This document shows positions 9,440-21,521 of a stretch of DNA of 64,000 bases, piece after piece (positions within the stretch are counted from its first letter, which is position 1; the number at the start of each line of letters is the position of its first letter). The notes under the pieces were generated by a model. The model saw only the letters and a program-made list of their open reading frames with translations, was not told where the DNA came from and did not search any database. Position numbers and translations under genes: made by a program. The DNA is taken from assembly GCA_004764695.1 (NCBI GenBank), contig SMSO01000036.1, forward strand, positions 1,736,001 to 1,800,000, given 5' to 3'. The stretch comes from Schizochytrium sp. TIO01. Taxonomy: Eukaryota > Protista > Bigyra: Labyrinthulomycetes.

Positions 9440-12028
9440 ATGCGAGTAGTTTGGCCTGGTCGACACGCACTGCATCGACCGAGACACCGCGAAAGTCACA
9501 AGGACGGGCTGCCATCACCTGACCAACAAGGTTCTAAAGAAGGTAACAGGTCTTCGATTGCAGACACACCAAGAGGAATTGACAAAACAGGGGAAGCAGA
9601 TACCAAAGACAACAGGAACGGCAAGGTGGAAATATATGCAAAGAAACAACACCGTAGAGGGCATTACGAGGAAGAAGTTGACGAAGAGGCAGACGGAGAA
9701 GACCAAGACCGATATCATCAGAAGTATCCTCAGAATCAGGGAAGGCCTCAGAAGAATTACGTTCCCCAACCAAGGGGGTGGGGAATAGGACGTCAGTCGA
9801 CCCCGTGGCCAAACGAAAATCACAGTAGTGATCAGCCTCAGCTCGAAAAGAAAAGGATGTCAGAGGCAAAGTCAGCATCTTCAAAACCACGTACAATCTA
9901 CGATGAGTACAGCATTCGGAGCGAAATTGGCAAAGGTGGGTACTCAAGAGTCTACCGCGCCGTACATCGTGAGACAGGGAAAGTTGTAGCCATCAAGGTA
10001 ATGGGTATTGAACCATTTGACACAGAAATGGAGAATATTGTTGATAATGAGATCGCAATTATGGAGCGAATTCGTGATGAAATTCCTGAGTTCGCTCCAA
10101 ATCTTGTGCAAATCATTGATGTCTTACATGAACCAGGGCATGAATTGGAGACGGCCCGTGTGTGTATAATCATGGAATACTTAGGAGGAGGCGAGTTATT
10201 TGATCGTGTCGTGCGAAAACGCCATTATACAGAAATCGATGCGTGTGCCATCATGAGCGAAATCGTACGCGCAGTGAAGGCTCTTCATACAAACGGGATT
10301 ATCCACCGCGATCTCAAGCCCGAGAATATCGTATTCGAGAACGAGAGTGATCGATCTAATGTTAAAATCATGGACTTTGGCCTTGCCCAAATGGTAGATG
10401 AACCCGATGCCCATACAAGTTTAGAGTATATTGGTACTTTGGGTTACGTTGCACCAGAGATTCTATTGTACAAGGAATATACCCCTGCATGCGACATTTT
10501 CTCATTAGGTGTTATCCTGTACATTCTTCTGGTGGGTCGCCAACCTTTCCGATCACGAAACGCTGCGGAGCAAATCATCAAGACCAAAACAGGAGCTTAC
10601 AGTCTTGATGGGCCGCAATGGGACGAGGTTTCTGATTATGCAAAGGATTTAGTGGAGAGAATGCTCGATGTTGATCCCACGACACGCATTACGATTGACG
10701 AGATTTTGCGTCATCCTTGGATGTATGCTTCCAATCTTCAAGCCGCCACCCGTCACTTGGCTGGCACTTTATCCGAGCTGCGGAATTTCAATGACCGCCG
10801 AAAGATGCGAGTCATGGCTGAACATGTTGTTGGTCAGACAACCGATGACTTGCGACTAGCGCTTATGGGCCTCTTGGAAAACAGTGCATCACACGCCTCA
10901 GGACTGAGCGCTCGAGAGATGCTAAAGCTAATATCATCTTTACAAGCTCTGCGAAAACAAGGTCATATTAATCGTGAGCAGTTTGTCAAGTTGCTGCAAG
11001 GTGTTGGATTAAAGTCCTTGCCTGCAAGCGATATATTTGACGTGCTTCTAGAACACGGTTCATTCTCTACTGCCGCTCGATCACGCCCCCGAAGACGGGC
11101 TGGTGGGACTACAGCTTTAGAAACCGAGAGTATTGATGGTAAAGAAGATCCAACAGGTGCCGAAGATACCCATAGTGAGCATGCCAATGATGGGGTCCTA
11201 CACGGGAACAGGGCCAAGCGTAGAATTAGTGCAAAAAGCAGAATGTTCCACCATCATGACATACACCATGGTGTTGACGATGCTAGAAGCAGAAACGATG
11301 AAGATTCAGAATTGGACGAACACGTCAGTGAAGATGATGATACTAATGCTGATGAAGATACTCTAGAAGAGCCTACGCTTGACGCAGATGAGCTTGTCGT
11401 TGGCCTGGCAGTCATTGCAGCAAAGGAATCGCGGGAGCGCGTACTGCAGGGAGTGTTTGGATTTCTAGCTAGCAGCAGTGCAAAATCTCAACCAGGGCGT
11501 CTCACAGCTGGGGGTTATTCAAAGTTGCTTCGTTTAATTGCTAGCTACGAGAGTCCTGGACAGAAGAGACAATATCGCAATCGCATCGCAAATGACCTAG
11601 CTACTGTATTCAGCGATGGAGCAGAGACATCCCGCGCAGCACAAGGCTCTTCTGAACAGGATTCAAGGCTATCAGGAACGCGGAAAAGCTTACCTCGTGG
11701 CTCAAAGGCCAGAAAAAGCGACGCCAATGCTCAGGCGGATGACGGTGTCAAAGATACTGATACAGATGCACACCGAGAGGTTGACGAAGTAGAAAGCGGT
11801 GAAACGACGCCCGGTGACATTAGCTTTGAAGACTTCCGACGTGGGGTGCTCGGTATAGGTGACCAGGTACTTCTAGGGTACCTTTCTTGGAATCGCCTCA
11901 TGCGATCTTTTACCCAACTTGATCAACACACATCTCCTCACTCATCCTTTAAGCGGGTTACAAGTTATCTTTCTAAAATGGCAACCTTTTCCAAAAATGT
12001 TGGTGATTCCTACACACCGCGTCAGTGA
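9440..12028 (+). CDS. Ca2+/calmodulin-dependent Ser/Thr protein kinase (CAMK group) with autoinhibitory/CaM-binding helix and a degenerate EF-hand (visinin/NCS-like) C-terminus
   Basis: Intact kinase motifs IGKGGYSRV, VAIK, GGELFDRV, HRDLKPEN, DFG, GTLGYVAPE, DIFSLGVILYILLVG. LRNFNDRRKMR matches the FNARRKL CaM-binding motif of CaMKII/CCaMK. An in-frame stop at 9380 makes ATG 9440 the first possible start; a later start (MSEAKS) is possible. Confidence 0.9.
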   Translation: MRVVWPGRHALHRPRHRESHKDGLPSPDQQGSKEGNRSSIADTPRGIDKTGEADTKDNRNGKVEIYAKKQHRRGHYEEEVDEEADGEDQDRYHQKYPQNQGRPQKNYVPQPRGWGIGRQSTPWPNENHSSDQPQLEKKRMSEAKSASSKPRTIYDEYSIRSEIGKGGYSRVYRAVHRETGKVVAIKVMGIEPFDTEMENIVDNEIAIMERIRDEIPEFAPNLVQIIDVLHEPGHELETARVCIIMEYLGGGELFDRVVRKRHYTEIDACAIMSEIVRAVKALHTNGIIHRDLKPENIVFENESDRSNVKIMDFGLAQMVDEPDAHTSLEYIGTLGYVAPEILLYKEYTPACDIFSLGVILYILLVGRQPFRSRNAAEQIIKTKTGAYSLDGPQWDEVSDYAKDLVERMLDVDPTTRITIDEILRHPWMYASNLQAATRHLAGTLSELRNFNDRRKMRVMAEHVVGQTTDDLRLALMGLLENSASHASGLSAREMLKLISSLQALRKQGHINREQFVKLLQGVGLKSLPASDIFDVLLEHGSFSTAARSRPRRRAGGTTALETESIDGKEDPTGAEDTHSEHANDGVLHGNRAKRRISAKSRMFHHHDIHHGVDDARSRNDEDSELDEHVSEDDDTNADEDTLEEPTLDADELVVGLAVIAAKESRERVLQGVFGFLASSSAKSQPGRLTAGGYSKLLRLIASYESPGQKRQYRNRIANDLATVFSDGAETSRAAQGSSEQDSRLSGTRKSLPRGSKARKSDANAQADDGVKDTDTDAHREVDEVESGETTPGDISFEDFRRGVLGIGDQVLLGYLSWNRLMRSFTQLDQHTSPHSSFKRVTSYLSKMATFSKNVGDSYTPRQ

Positions 12029-15000
12029 GTACGTTAAGATGCATTCTAAAACAACTGACCATTCATTGTATTCCACAATTTCACCTCTTATATTGTTTAT
12101 CTTTTACACCTAATTATCAGTCTATTCTATTTCGAAAGAATTTTTTTCATTGTTGTCCTAAATCGATTGCTTGCGACTATAGTTTTAGAGATTATTGTGT
12201 GATAAGACTTCCAAGCTAAGCTCGGAGACCAAGGAGTGGTAAACCTGTATGGGAGTCTCTGCGTTTTCCCTCTTTCACAAGAAAATTTATGTAGAGCCGA
12301 GAATTTAATGTCAGTGATGTTCCTTATGTTATGCTATGTTATGTTACATATGTTGAAATTCCAGTTCTTGGTCCAGCATAAGGGTTAGCAACTTTGAGCC
12401 ACATAGAGCTTGATCGTAATCTTTTGTCAGGAGTTTACATTTGCCGCCCATATATCACTGCCAAACAAATAATTCAAATTTAATCCAAATGCTGGGCACT
12501 TATATATTTCGGCCCAAAGTAATACAGTTCACAAACTCAAAAAACATGTTGAGTCTTGGATGATTTGACGATCAGACATGCGTTTCTTTGTTATAATAAA
12601 TATGTGTGGACGAATCGAAGATACTGCTTCTAATAAGTCCTCCACCTCCGATGTGAAAATCTCATTTTGGCTGAGCTAAGGATTTAAGTAATTATTAGGG
12701 ATCTGTACAAGTTTAATAAATAAGAAAATCACCCCTAATACAAACTATTTTTATGGCTTAATTATAGGTGTAATATAGTATGTTATGTTGGACGTGACAA
12801 TAGTACAATCGCACACTTTAACTTGAAGTTGCTTTAAAAAAATACTGAAACTGAACTGGAACTCTTCGCATTCTCTAGAAGATCCCCGTACATTATTCTA
12901 AAGTTAAGACATATTCCCAATTAAGAGATGAAAATTTCAAAAAGAAGCTTCATTCGCCATCCGAATCTTGAAATGGCCGTAATACCTATTGTTAACTCCC
13001 CCCCCCCCTCGTTTTGTATTTAGACAAATCTTGTGGTTCACATACGGGCATTTGAGTAGAACTTATCGTGTTGGTCGAGTCACACGGGAGTGCATACCTG
13101 TTGAATTCGTCGAGGCAATCCTGCAGCTTGTGCTTGAAAAAAACCGAGACCATTTGGGTAGAAGTAATTAGACAAATCTGCAAAGTGATAGCTGGTGTCA
13201 TAGTGTTAAATATGGTTCATGCTATAGATAGCTCCTCAACAAGTTTAACGACTTCCAATGTGATCACTTCGCGTGCTTCAGTCGTTCAACGCCCTTTCTA
13301 AACAAAAGATTTCTTAATTAAAAATAAATAAATCTATTATGTAAAATCAATTGGAACGTGAGCACTAACAAAAAAAAGAAATAAACAAAGCAATCATTGG
13401 ACTCTCCCTCTTCGAGTCACTCTTACATGTACCCTATCAATCCTTTGACTTACGTAGGTACAAACGCGAGTTAAAAAATCATTCATTGTCTCTTCGTCAC
13501 TCTCGCTAGTCAAAGGTACGGAGCTGGAATCTTTTAATTTGGGTACATTTGTCAAGCCAAAACAATTGGTCAATGTCCCTTCGTCAGAACTATGACCTAT
13601 GGTGCTACTCTTTACCCTCGAACTTCTTATGTCGAGTAATTCAATTCAAAACTTTTTAGTTCCACCAGAAAAAAGCTGATGTATGTGCAAACGTCTTTGA
13701 ATTAGGATTGACCGCAATCGTCGTTCGTGTTTTTTGTTCTTAATCCCTCTTTTGAAAAGCAATCCCTGCAACCCAGGACCCCTGATACTGTTTCGGTAGA
13801 CCTTTACTACTGGTTCGACACTCAGATTTTTGCTCGGATTGTCAACGCATATTTTCTACTCCGCTCCTTGAACGAAATGAGGATCGCATGATACGTACTG
13901 CCACATTAACATATATACTGTACTTATGCTGCTTTCTCTATCATAAGTTGTGCTTTTTTCAGCTAGAAGTACGACAAGTACAAATCTACCTTGTCGCAAG
14001 TTGGGGACGTTGCCCCTTAAAACATTTGCACTTTCTGGTCATCTCTCTAAATTCGTCCCTATCGTTAAGGTGGCTGCCCTTCACTCTTCTTCTTTCAGCG
14101 TGATTTGCATGCCATTCTCGTTCTCTCATGTTTTTTGTGCAAACCTTGGATCCTGGTAAACCAAGCTGCCAAACCTGGATTTTTTTTTTTTTCGATGGCT
14201 CACTTGTGCTATTTGTAAGTGAATAGCTACACGACGGTGTTTATTCCAATATCTACGCCCTCATCCCCGTTTACTGGGCCAGAATACTCAGACCCTTTCG
14301 CACGCACAGTGGTCTCAGTCGTTCTAGTTAGTTTTTCTTTTCAATCAAATGTCTTGTGACCAGAGCTTGATGTATATTAATCAGTATGATCCAGATTCCG
14401 GTAGGTAGACCCTAATCAGTGTTAGGTAGGAAGACTGATTGGTGTGCACACACCACATCAGAGGAGATGTTCATCATCGGCCATTACAACTTTAAGTTAA
14501 AATTATCCACCGACAAGCTCGCAGCTCAGACTGGGTGCCACCCTAGCGGAAAGTGACCTTCGCGAGAGCGACTTAGCACGGGTGGCAGAACAATTGAAGT
14601 TCGCTGCTTGCTTCCGCGAATACTAATAGCTCCATGCTCTGCTCTCCTCTGTCGAATTTCTAGTTTAGCTACCTTGGAATGCTAATTGCAAATCACATCG
14701 GCCCTAGTTTGGCTACCTACTGCTCCTCCAAGCTTCTGCCAAGTGCATGCATGCAAGATCTATTCCGTTGCGCTGCTTCTTCGCCTTTAAGCTCCCGCGC
14801 GAGTCGCCATGGATGAATGAACCTTAAATGAGGGTTCGCAATGATTGGGTCTCAAGGAACTCAACTTGCAGTAGAGAGCCAAGATGCTTGGCTGTGCCGG
14901 CCCCAAAGCAGTCTCTTTGTTTGTTTTGCATCATTCTCTTCCCTGCACGCGCGACTTGGACGCTTTAGATCGTCAGTGTCTTTTTATTACAGGAAGCTGC

Positions 15001-15616
15001 GCTGCAAGTGCTGCAACAGCGACGTTGAATTGATCTCCTTCACGTGCCGCACGTTCTTCAGTCTCTCTGTGCTAGAGCCTGCCCACCTTCAAGCAGCCAA
15101 GGGGCTTACGAAGTGCGCTGGAGCAAGCACTCATCCACCCCCTCGGCCATGGGTGGGCTCGGCAAACTGGCTGTGGTGTGCGAGCAAGAAAATGCTGCTC
15201 GGGCATCGTGGATGATGTAGTATGCACGCACAGATAAGTAATCATAAACGCATCGAGTGAGACAGCACCCACCAGCAGTGACCCGAGGCGAGACTTCCGT
15301 GGAGCTTTGCAATCGCTTCTGATTGCTGCGCCCTTCAAGAACGCTATTTTAGCTTGGAACTGCATGTTCAGAGCCTACTGGCTGACTTGGACGGCGGACT
15401 TAGGATGTCACCACGCGCAGAGCCGCTACAAATCACTTTACTCCATTGCCCTCTTTGGCATACCTGCAACTTACAAATCTGAAGAAACTCGCCACGATGC
15501 ATACATGCATTCATGCATTCGATGCGGATTGCCTGCGGATCTTAGGTATGAACTTCTGGTTCAACATCTGTCAAGATCAACTTCGGGGGTGTTCGAGTTG
15601 ATGAGAACGTTGAAGC

Positions 15617-15813
15617 TATAAAATGTTCCACTCTGACGAGTCACGAGTCACACACAACGAACGAAGAAGCTACCTACCAACTCAAAGTCTCGTCCTGATT
15701 TGAAGATCTGTGCTGGAAAAGCAAGCAGCTAGCTTAACTGTACTTCCATCGCCATCTGAAGAAAACAAAATCGTGGCACATTTGTTCGCACCCACCGCCT
15801 TACACAGGTAAGT
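15617..15813 (+). promoter_or_regulatory. Putative TATA box and non-coding first exon of the ABCB gene
   Basis: TATAAAA at 15617-15623, followed by a CA-rich leader and a consensus donor CAG|GTAAGT at 15808. Candidate acceptors end at 16061 and 16431. Confidence 0.4.
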
Positions 15814-16456
15814 CTACAGTAGTCCTGGTAGGCAGGTACCTCCCGGCATGGGTTTTCAAGAATGAAGAAGACTGAGATCACGACTATAACTCTCACTCTG
15901 AGTGGCGAGAGGAAGTTTGCGCACTTGGATAAACTTGAAGTTCAAGCTAGCTTACCCAGACTGGTATAAACCAAGGAAGTAAATAAATCTGTTGTTTGGT
16001 TTTCTTATTAATTATTATGCTTTTTGTTTTTTATTGAGTCACTTCGACAAATTCTATGCAGTAGTTAGTTTACAAGTAGCTTTTTTTTATAATTTTTTCA
16101 ATATATATATTTTTTTAATGAAGACAAATAATTGTGAATAACAGGACATTACACACTTTGATATACTTAGTCTTACCAGAGACCATAGCGCACCTAGGCA
16201 TTTGCTCCTGTAACCTTTGCACGTGGTAGACAGGAACACGCTTGCCAGCAAACCCCCAACGCGGCGACGAGCTGCCAGCAAAACGTGGCTGTCGCTTGAT
16301 CGGAGAAACTGGGCCTGGGGAACCTAAACGGCCTAGTCGATATATTATATATGAGGCAAGCGTTATTGAGACTCGAATAAGAAATCGGCCGATCCAAAGA
16401 ACTCTCAACTCTTTATCTTTCACCTTACAAGGTGAACTGAGGTCCACTTCTTCACT

Positions 16457-19400
16457 ATGCCTAAATCTGAAGATAACGCTGCTCTAGTGCCAGTCGTTTT
16501 GGATGATCTGGAGGACGAAACTCATGACATTGAGAAACAAGAAATTGATAAACGACGCAGCAGCCAGAAGACACGCGAAAGCAAACGTCGAAGCCACCGC
16601 ACAGCGCCAGATGATGATCAAGAAGAGGAGGAGGATTCCAAGAGTACTCTGAACCGCAAAGTATCCAGGAGCGAAAAGGACTCTGCATCTGATGACTTTG
16701 CAGTACGTATTCCGTCTCACCAACAAAGCAGCGATGCTAATGATGATGACGACGAAGGCAGTAAAGGTATGGTTGGTATTTGCGAGTTCTTTCGCTATGC
16801 AACCAAACAGGACGTAGTTTTAATTTTTCTTGGTCTCCTTGGTGGTGCAGGTCTTGGTGTAGCCATGCCTCTATTTGCCATCTTTCTAGGCGATCTATTC
16901 AATGACTTCAATAGTACCACTAGCAGTGTTATGGACGCAGGTCACAAGTACCTTCGATTCTTCTGCTTCGTTGGAGCTGGTGCTTTCGTTATGGGGTTTC
17001 TTCAGATTGCCTGTTTCACGATGGCTTCTGAGCGAATTACACTTCGCATGCGAAGCCTCTATTTAAACGCAATCCTAAAGCAAGATATTACATGGTTTGA
17101 TAAAGCCAGCAGTAAAGGAGGTCTGAGTTCAAGCATCAGCGAAAACACTGTAGTAATCCGTGAAGGCATTGTTAAGCTTGGTGAGCTTAGTCAGTTCAGT
17201 GCCATGTTTATTGGTGGTTTTGTGATTGGTTTTTATGAGTCTTGGCAGCTCACCCTTGTTATTGTTGCTATCACACCCTTGCTAGCAACTACTGGCTATC
17301 TGATGATGAAGCTCCTAGCCGAGGCAACACAAGGAGGTCTTGGAGCCTATGCTACTGCTGGTGGCCTGGCTGAAGAGACATTCACTATGATTCGCACTGT
17401 CACTAGTTACTCCCGCCAAGCCTTCATGCTCGATCGGTATGATGCTGAGCTAGCCAAGGCCGAAGGCCATGGCATTCGCAAAGCCCGCAACCAGGGTCTC
17501 ACGCTTGGCGCAACAATTGGAATTCTCTTCGCTGCTTACGGCTTAGCTTTTTGGTTTGGGGCTAAGCTTGTTGTTGATGCTCGCAACGACGCTGCTGCGC
17601 AGTACCCGCCAAGTACTTCTGTGAATGCAGAATGCTATGTTGGCAATTTCATTGATGAACTCACATCAGTTAGCTTGGGCTGTATGAGTACTGTGTCAGA
17701 ATCATTCTATTTTGAGACTGCAGCAGACGTGTGTAACTGCGTGCTTTGTGACTGTGGATGCACTGCATCTGGGGATTGCCTAGATGGTGGTGGTGTTTTG
17801 TCAGCATTTTTTGGAGTTCTGATTGGTGCGATGTCTCTTGGACAGCTTGCCCCAGCCCTAGGCTCTTTCACCAATGGACGCGCAGCTGCTGCTCGTATTT
17901 TCAATGTTATTGAGCGCGAGCCCGAAATTGATTCGTCTGGGGATAGTGGTTTACACCCTGATGACGTTGCTGGCGACCTTGCACTTGAAGACGTCCACTT
18001 TTATTACCCATCCAGACCAGAAGTGGAAGTCTTCAAAGGAATAAATCTGTCATTTCCGCATGGTACTACCACGGCGTTGGTCGGTGGATCAGGATGCGGC
18101 AAGAGCACGGTCACGCAACTTCTCATGCGATTTTACGATCCTACTCAAGGCCGCGTCACCCTGGATGGTATTGATATTCGTGACATCAATCTTTCTTGGC
18201 TTCGCAACAACATTGGACTTGTCTCGCAAGAGCCAATCTTATTTGCAACCAGTATTTATGCAAATATTGCTTATGGTGCTCCTGAAGGTGAAGATGTAAC
18301 GCGTGAAGAAATCATTGAGGCCACAAAGTCTTCCAACGCCTATGACTTCATTATGGATCTCACTGATCAGTTTGATTCGTATGTAGGTGAAGGCGGTAGT
18401 ACACTTTCTGGAGGTCAGAAGCAGCGTATTGCTATTGCGCGTGCTTTGGTTCGCAACCCGCAGTTGTTGATTCTCGATGAGGCAACTTCAGCATTGGACT
18501 CTGAATCTGAACGTGTAGTGCAAGCAGCACTTGATGAGCTCCTTGCGACACAGAATCGTACAACGATTGTGATCGCGCACCGTCTCACAACTGTCCAAGA
18601 TGCGGACAATATTATCGTTCTTGGGGAAGGCGAGGGCCTGTTAGAGCAGGGTACACACGAGGAGCTCGTAGCAAAGCGCGGAAATTATTATGCTCTTCTT
18701 TCTGCAGCCAAAAGCTCAGAACAGAAAGACGAGGATGACCCAGTTGAATTTGCACCTCTAAATGAACCTGAGGTGGAGGAAGATGAACCCGAGCCGCGCC
18801 GTTTTCTTAGTTCCAGCAGCATCAGCGAATTCTCTATGAAAGCCCTAGGAATTGGCTCATCTGACAAAGACGACGAAAAGAAGAAGGGAAAGGGAAAGAA
18901 GGCTAAGGATCCACCCGTTCCATTACGCCGCATTCTTCGTTATTCGGCACCAGAAAAATGGTACTACATTCCTGCTGTCCTTGCATCAGCTATCAATGGT
19001 GCTCTTATGCCTGTTTTCAGCCTCATCTTTGTGCAACTTGCTAATGTGTTCTACTACCCAACCACTGAGGAAACAAAGGACATTGCCAGGCGCTTTTCTT
19101 TGTACTTCCTTGCTCTCGGTGTTGCTTCGTTTCTCATCAACTTGGTACAAACGTACTACTTCGGGGTTGTATCTGAGCGTATGACTCGTCGGATTCGTCG
19201 AGAGCTCTTTGCTTCAATGTTACGACAAGATATTGGCTTTTTTGACGATAAGGAAAATTCTGTAGGCGCACTTACAAGCCGACTTTCAACTGATGCAGCT
19301 CTTGTGAAAGCAAGCTTGGCAGACCGAGCTGCAATCACGGTTCAGAACATTGTTACAGTTCTATTGACATTCATCCTCGCCTTCTTATACTCATGGCAAA

Positions 19401-20677
19401 TGACTCTAGTCCTTATGGCACTCTTTCCTCTGTTGGTCATTGGAGGCGGCCTTCAATTTACTGTAATGACTTCTCTATCAAAGCAGGATGAAGATGCACT
19501 TGCCGAAGCAGGTCAGGTTCTTCAGGAGTCAATTACAGGCATTCGTACCGTTGCCGCCTTCTCTCTTCGTGTACGAATTGTGGCTCTTTACGATTCTTTC
19601 CTCGAAGCTCCAACTAAACTAGCTGTGCAAAAGGGCCTCCTTGGTGGCCTTGGTATGGGTTTTAGCCAGGGTGTGATTTTTTGCATCTACGGTATTGCAT
19701 TTTACTACGCTGCTGTGTTGATTGAAAATAAGGGCTATACATTCTCCGAGCTTTTGCGTGCCATCTTCTTGCTTCTCTTCGCAGGTGTTGCTGCTGGTCA
19801 AGCCAGTGCAATGGCTCCAGATGTTGGCAAGGCCGCAGCTGCAGCGTCGAGCGTTTTCCGGGTTATCGATCGCGCGTCACCGATCAACCCATTTGACGAA
19901 AGCGGCACCCGCAGCGAAGGTGAAACCAGCGGAGATATTGTCTTTGAGAATGTCAACTTCTTTTATCCAACACGCCCTGATGTGCCTGTTCTCAAGGACT
20001 TCAATTTGACCATTCCCCGTGGCAAGCACATTGCTTTCGTGGGAATGAGCGGAAGCGGAAAGTCCACAACACTTTCAAACATTGAGCGATTCTATGATGT
20101 GCAAAGCGGCAGTGTTAAATTTCATGGCATAGACGTCAAAGACGCCAACGTGGGCTGGCTGCGATCACGTATGGCCTATGTCGAGCAAGAACCTAAGCTA
20201 TTCAATGGAACTGTGCACGAAAACATTGCATTTGGTGTCCCAAATGGTGAAGAATTGACCGAACAGGAGATCATTGACGCTGCACGTGAAGCAAATGCTC
20301 TGGAATTTATTCAAGAGTTGCCTCAAGGCTTTGATACCTCCGTCAGTGGATCGTCATTATCAGGAGGCCAAAAACAGCGTGTATGCATCGCCCGTGCACT
20401 TTTGCGTGGTAAGCGTGCTGACGTTATCTTGTTGGACGAAGCAACTGCTGCGCTTGATAACTTCAGTGAACGTCGTGTTCAGGATGCATTGGAGGATCTG
20501 ATGCGTGGTCGTGATGTGACGACAATCACTGTGGCTCACAAGTTGAAGACAATTGAACGTTCTGACATTATTTTTGTTGTGCATTTGGGTCGAATTGTTG
20601 AGAAGGGTACGCACAAATCACTTCTTGCAAACAATGGTCCATATGCTAAGCTCTACCGTGCACAACGTAAGCGTTAA
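16457..20677 (+). CDS. Full-length ABC transporter subfamily B (MDR/P-glycoprotein-like), TMD-NBD-TMD-NBD
   Basis: NBD1: GGSGCGKST, VSQEPILF, LSGGQKQRIAIARAL, ILDEATSALD, IAHRL. NBD2: GMSGSGKST, LSGGQKQRVCIARAL, LLDEATAALD, VAHKL. Two six-helix TMDs with ABCB motifs (LKQDITWFD, LRQDIGFFD, IRTVAAF). Confidence 0.97.
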   Translation: MPKSEDNAALVPVVLDDLEDETHDIEKQEIDKRRSSQKTRESKRRSHRTAPDDDQEEEEDSKSTLNRKVSRSEKDSASDDFAVRIPSHQQSSDANDDDDEGSKGMVGICEFFRYATKQDVVLIFLGLLGGAGLGVAMPLFAIFLGDLFNDFNSTTSSVMDAGHKYLRFFCFVGAGAFVMGFLQIACFTMASERITLRMRSLYLNAILKQDITWFDKASSKGGLSSSISENTVVIREGIVKLGELSQFSAMFIGGFVIGFYESWQLTLVIVAITPLLATTGYLMMKLLAEATQGGLGAYATAGGLAEETFTMIRTVTSYSRQAFMLDRYDAELAKAEGHGIRKARNQGLTLGATIGILFAAYGLAFWFGAKLVVDARNDAAAQYPPSTSVNAECYVGNFIDELTSVSLGCMSTVSESFYFETAADVCNCVLCDCGCTASGDCLDGGGVLSAFFGVLIGAMSLGQLAPALGSFTNGRAAAARIFNVIEREPEIDSSGDSGLHPDDVAGDLALEDVHFYYPSRPEVEVFKGINLSFPHGTTTALVGGSGCGKSTVTQLLMRFYDPTQGRVTLDGIDIRDINLSWLRNNIGLVSQEPILFATSIYANIAYGAPEGEDVTREEIIEATKSSNAYDFIMDLTDQFDSYVGEGGSTLSGGQKQRIAIARALVRNPQLLILDEATSALDSESERVVQAALDELLATQNRTTIVIAHRLTTVQDADNIIVLGEGEGLLEQGTHEELVAKRGNYYALLSAAKSSEQKDEDDPVEFAPLNEPEVEEDEPEPRRFLSSSSISEFSMKALGIGSSDKDDEKKKGKGKKAKDPPVPLRRILRYSAPEKWYYIPAVLASAINGALMPVFSLIFVQLANVFYYPTTEETKDIARRFSLYFLALGVASFLINLVQTYYFGVVSERMTRRIRRELFASMLRQDIGFFDDKENSVGALTSRLSTDAALVKASLADRAAITVQNIVTVLLTFILAFLYSWQMTLVLMALFPLLVIGGGLQFTVMTSLSKQDEDALAEAGQVLQESITGIRTVAAFSLRVRIVALYDSFLEAPTKLAVQKGLLGGLGMGFSQGVIFCIYGIAFYYAAVLIENKGYTFSELLRAIFLLLFAGVAAGQASAMAPDVGKAAAAASSVFRVIDRASPINPFDESGTRSEGETSGDIVFENVNFFYPTRPDVPVLKDFNLTIPRGKHIAFVGMSGSGKSTTLSNIERFYDVQSGSVKFHGIDVKDANVGWLRSRMAYVEQEPKLFNGTVHENIAFGVPNGEELTEQEIIDAAREANALEFIQELPQGFDTSVSGSSLSGGQKQRVCIARALLRGKRADVILLDEATAALDNFSERRVQDALEDLMRGRDVTTITVAHKLKTIERSDIIFVVHLGRIVEKGTHKSLLANNGPYAKLYRAQRKR

Positions 20678-21521
20678 GGGGGGGGGGGGTAGTTCTATTA
20701 TTCTCATATTATTGAAAATTATGGTGTTTATCAAGTTTTAACTATAAAAGATATCTGGTTTAAAAGGTACATTGCACTTATCATGCCCAAACTTGAAATC
20801 CTCTTATTTCGACATTAGTTTTGGGACTTTCCAAATTGCTTCCATTCCAGAGGCCGAGTTTGAAAGAAAATTAGAAAGATTAGGATAGGGCTTTTCATGA
20901 TCGAACTAGGCTACAAACCTGAAAAGACGGTTGATCATACACGCGGAAAATTTTGAAGTGCGGATCCACTTATAAACCAGTCTTCATTAGTGCTGACATT
21001 AAGTACAAGGTCTTGATTCTTTTATATTAGATGTTTCTAGCATAGATAAACTCTATATAACAACAAGAGGGGGTAATAATCAAAGTTTACGATGAAGCAA
21101 TTATTCGAGTGATGAGATTTTCATTTTTTGTTGCTATTCCTTCGTTTAATTCATGGTGTTGAAGAAATAATTGCAAAGCTCTTCACCCGAATCAAAAGAG
21201 AGAGAGAGAGAGAGAGGAAAATATAAAAGCGGCCCGGTCTGACGAAAGAAAGTAACAAAAAAATTATGTCATTTCTTGCGACCCCCAGAGCATCCTCAGT
21301 GTCCAATTTTCTTGTTGGATTAATGAATTTTAGCGGCAAGATCATTATTTGACTTTCGTGATTTTGAAGAGATAGAGCTGGCATCTCATTTAAAAATTTT
21401 ACAGCATAATATATGTGTTCATGTGTATTTGCGACGATATGTGGTGTTTCACTAAGACTGTATGTGTTACTTCAAGGTATCCGTGTATTTGTCAATTACT
21501 ACAAGGATTGATATGGTTTTT

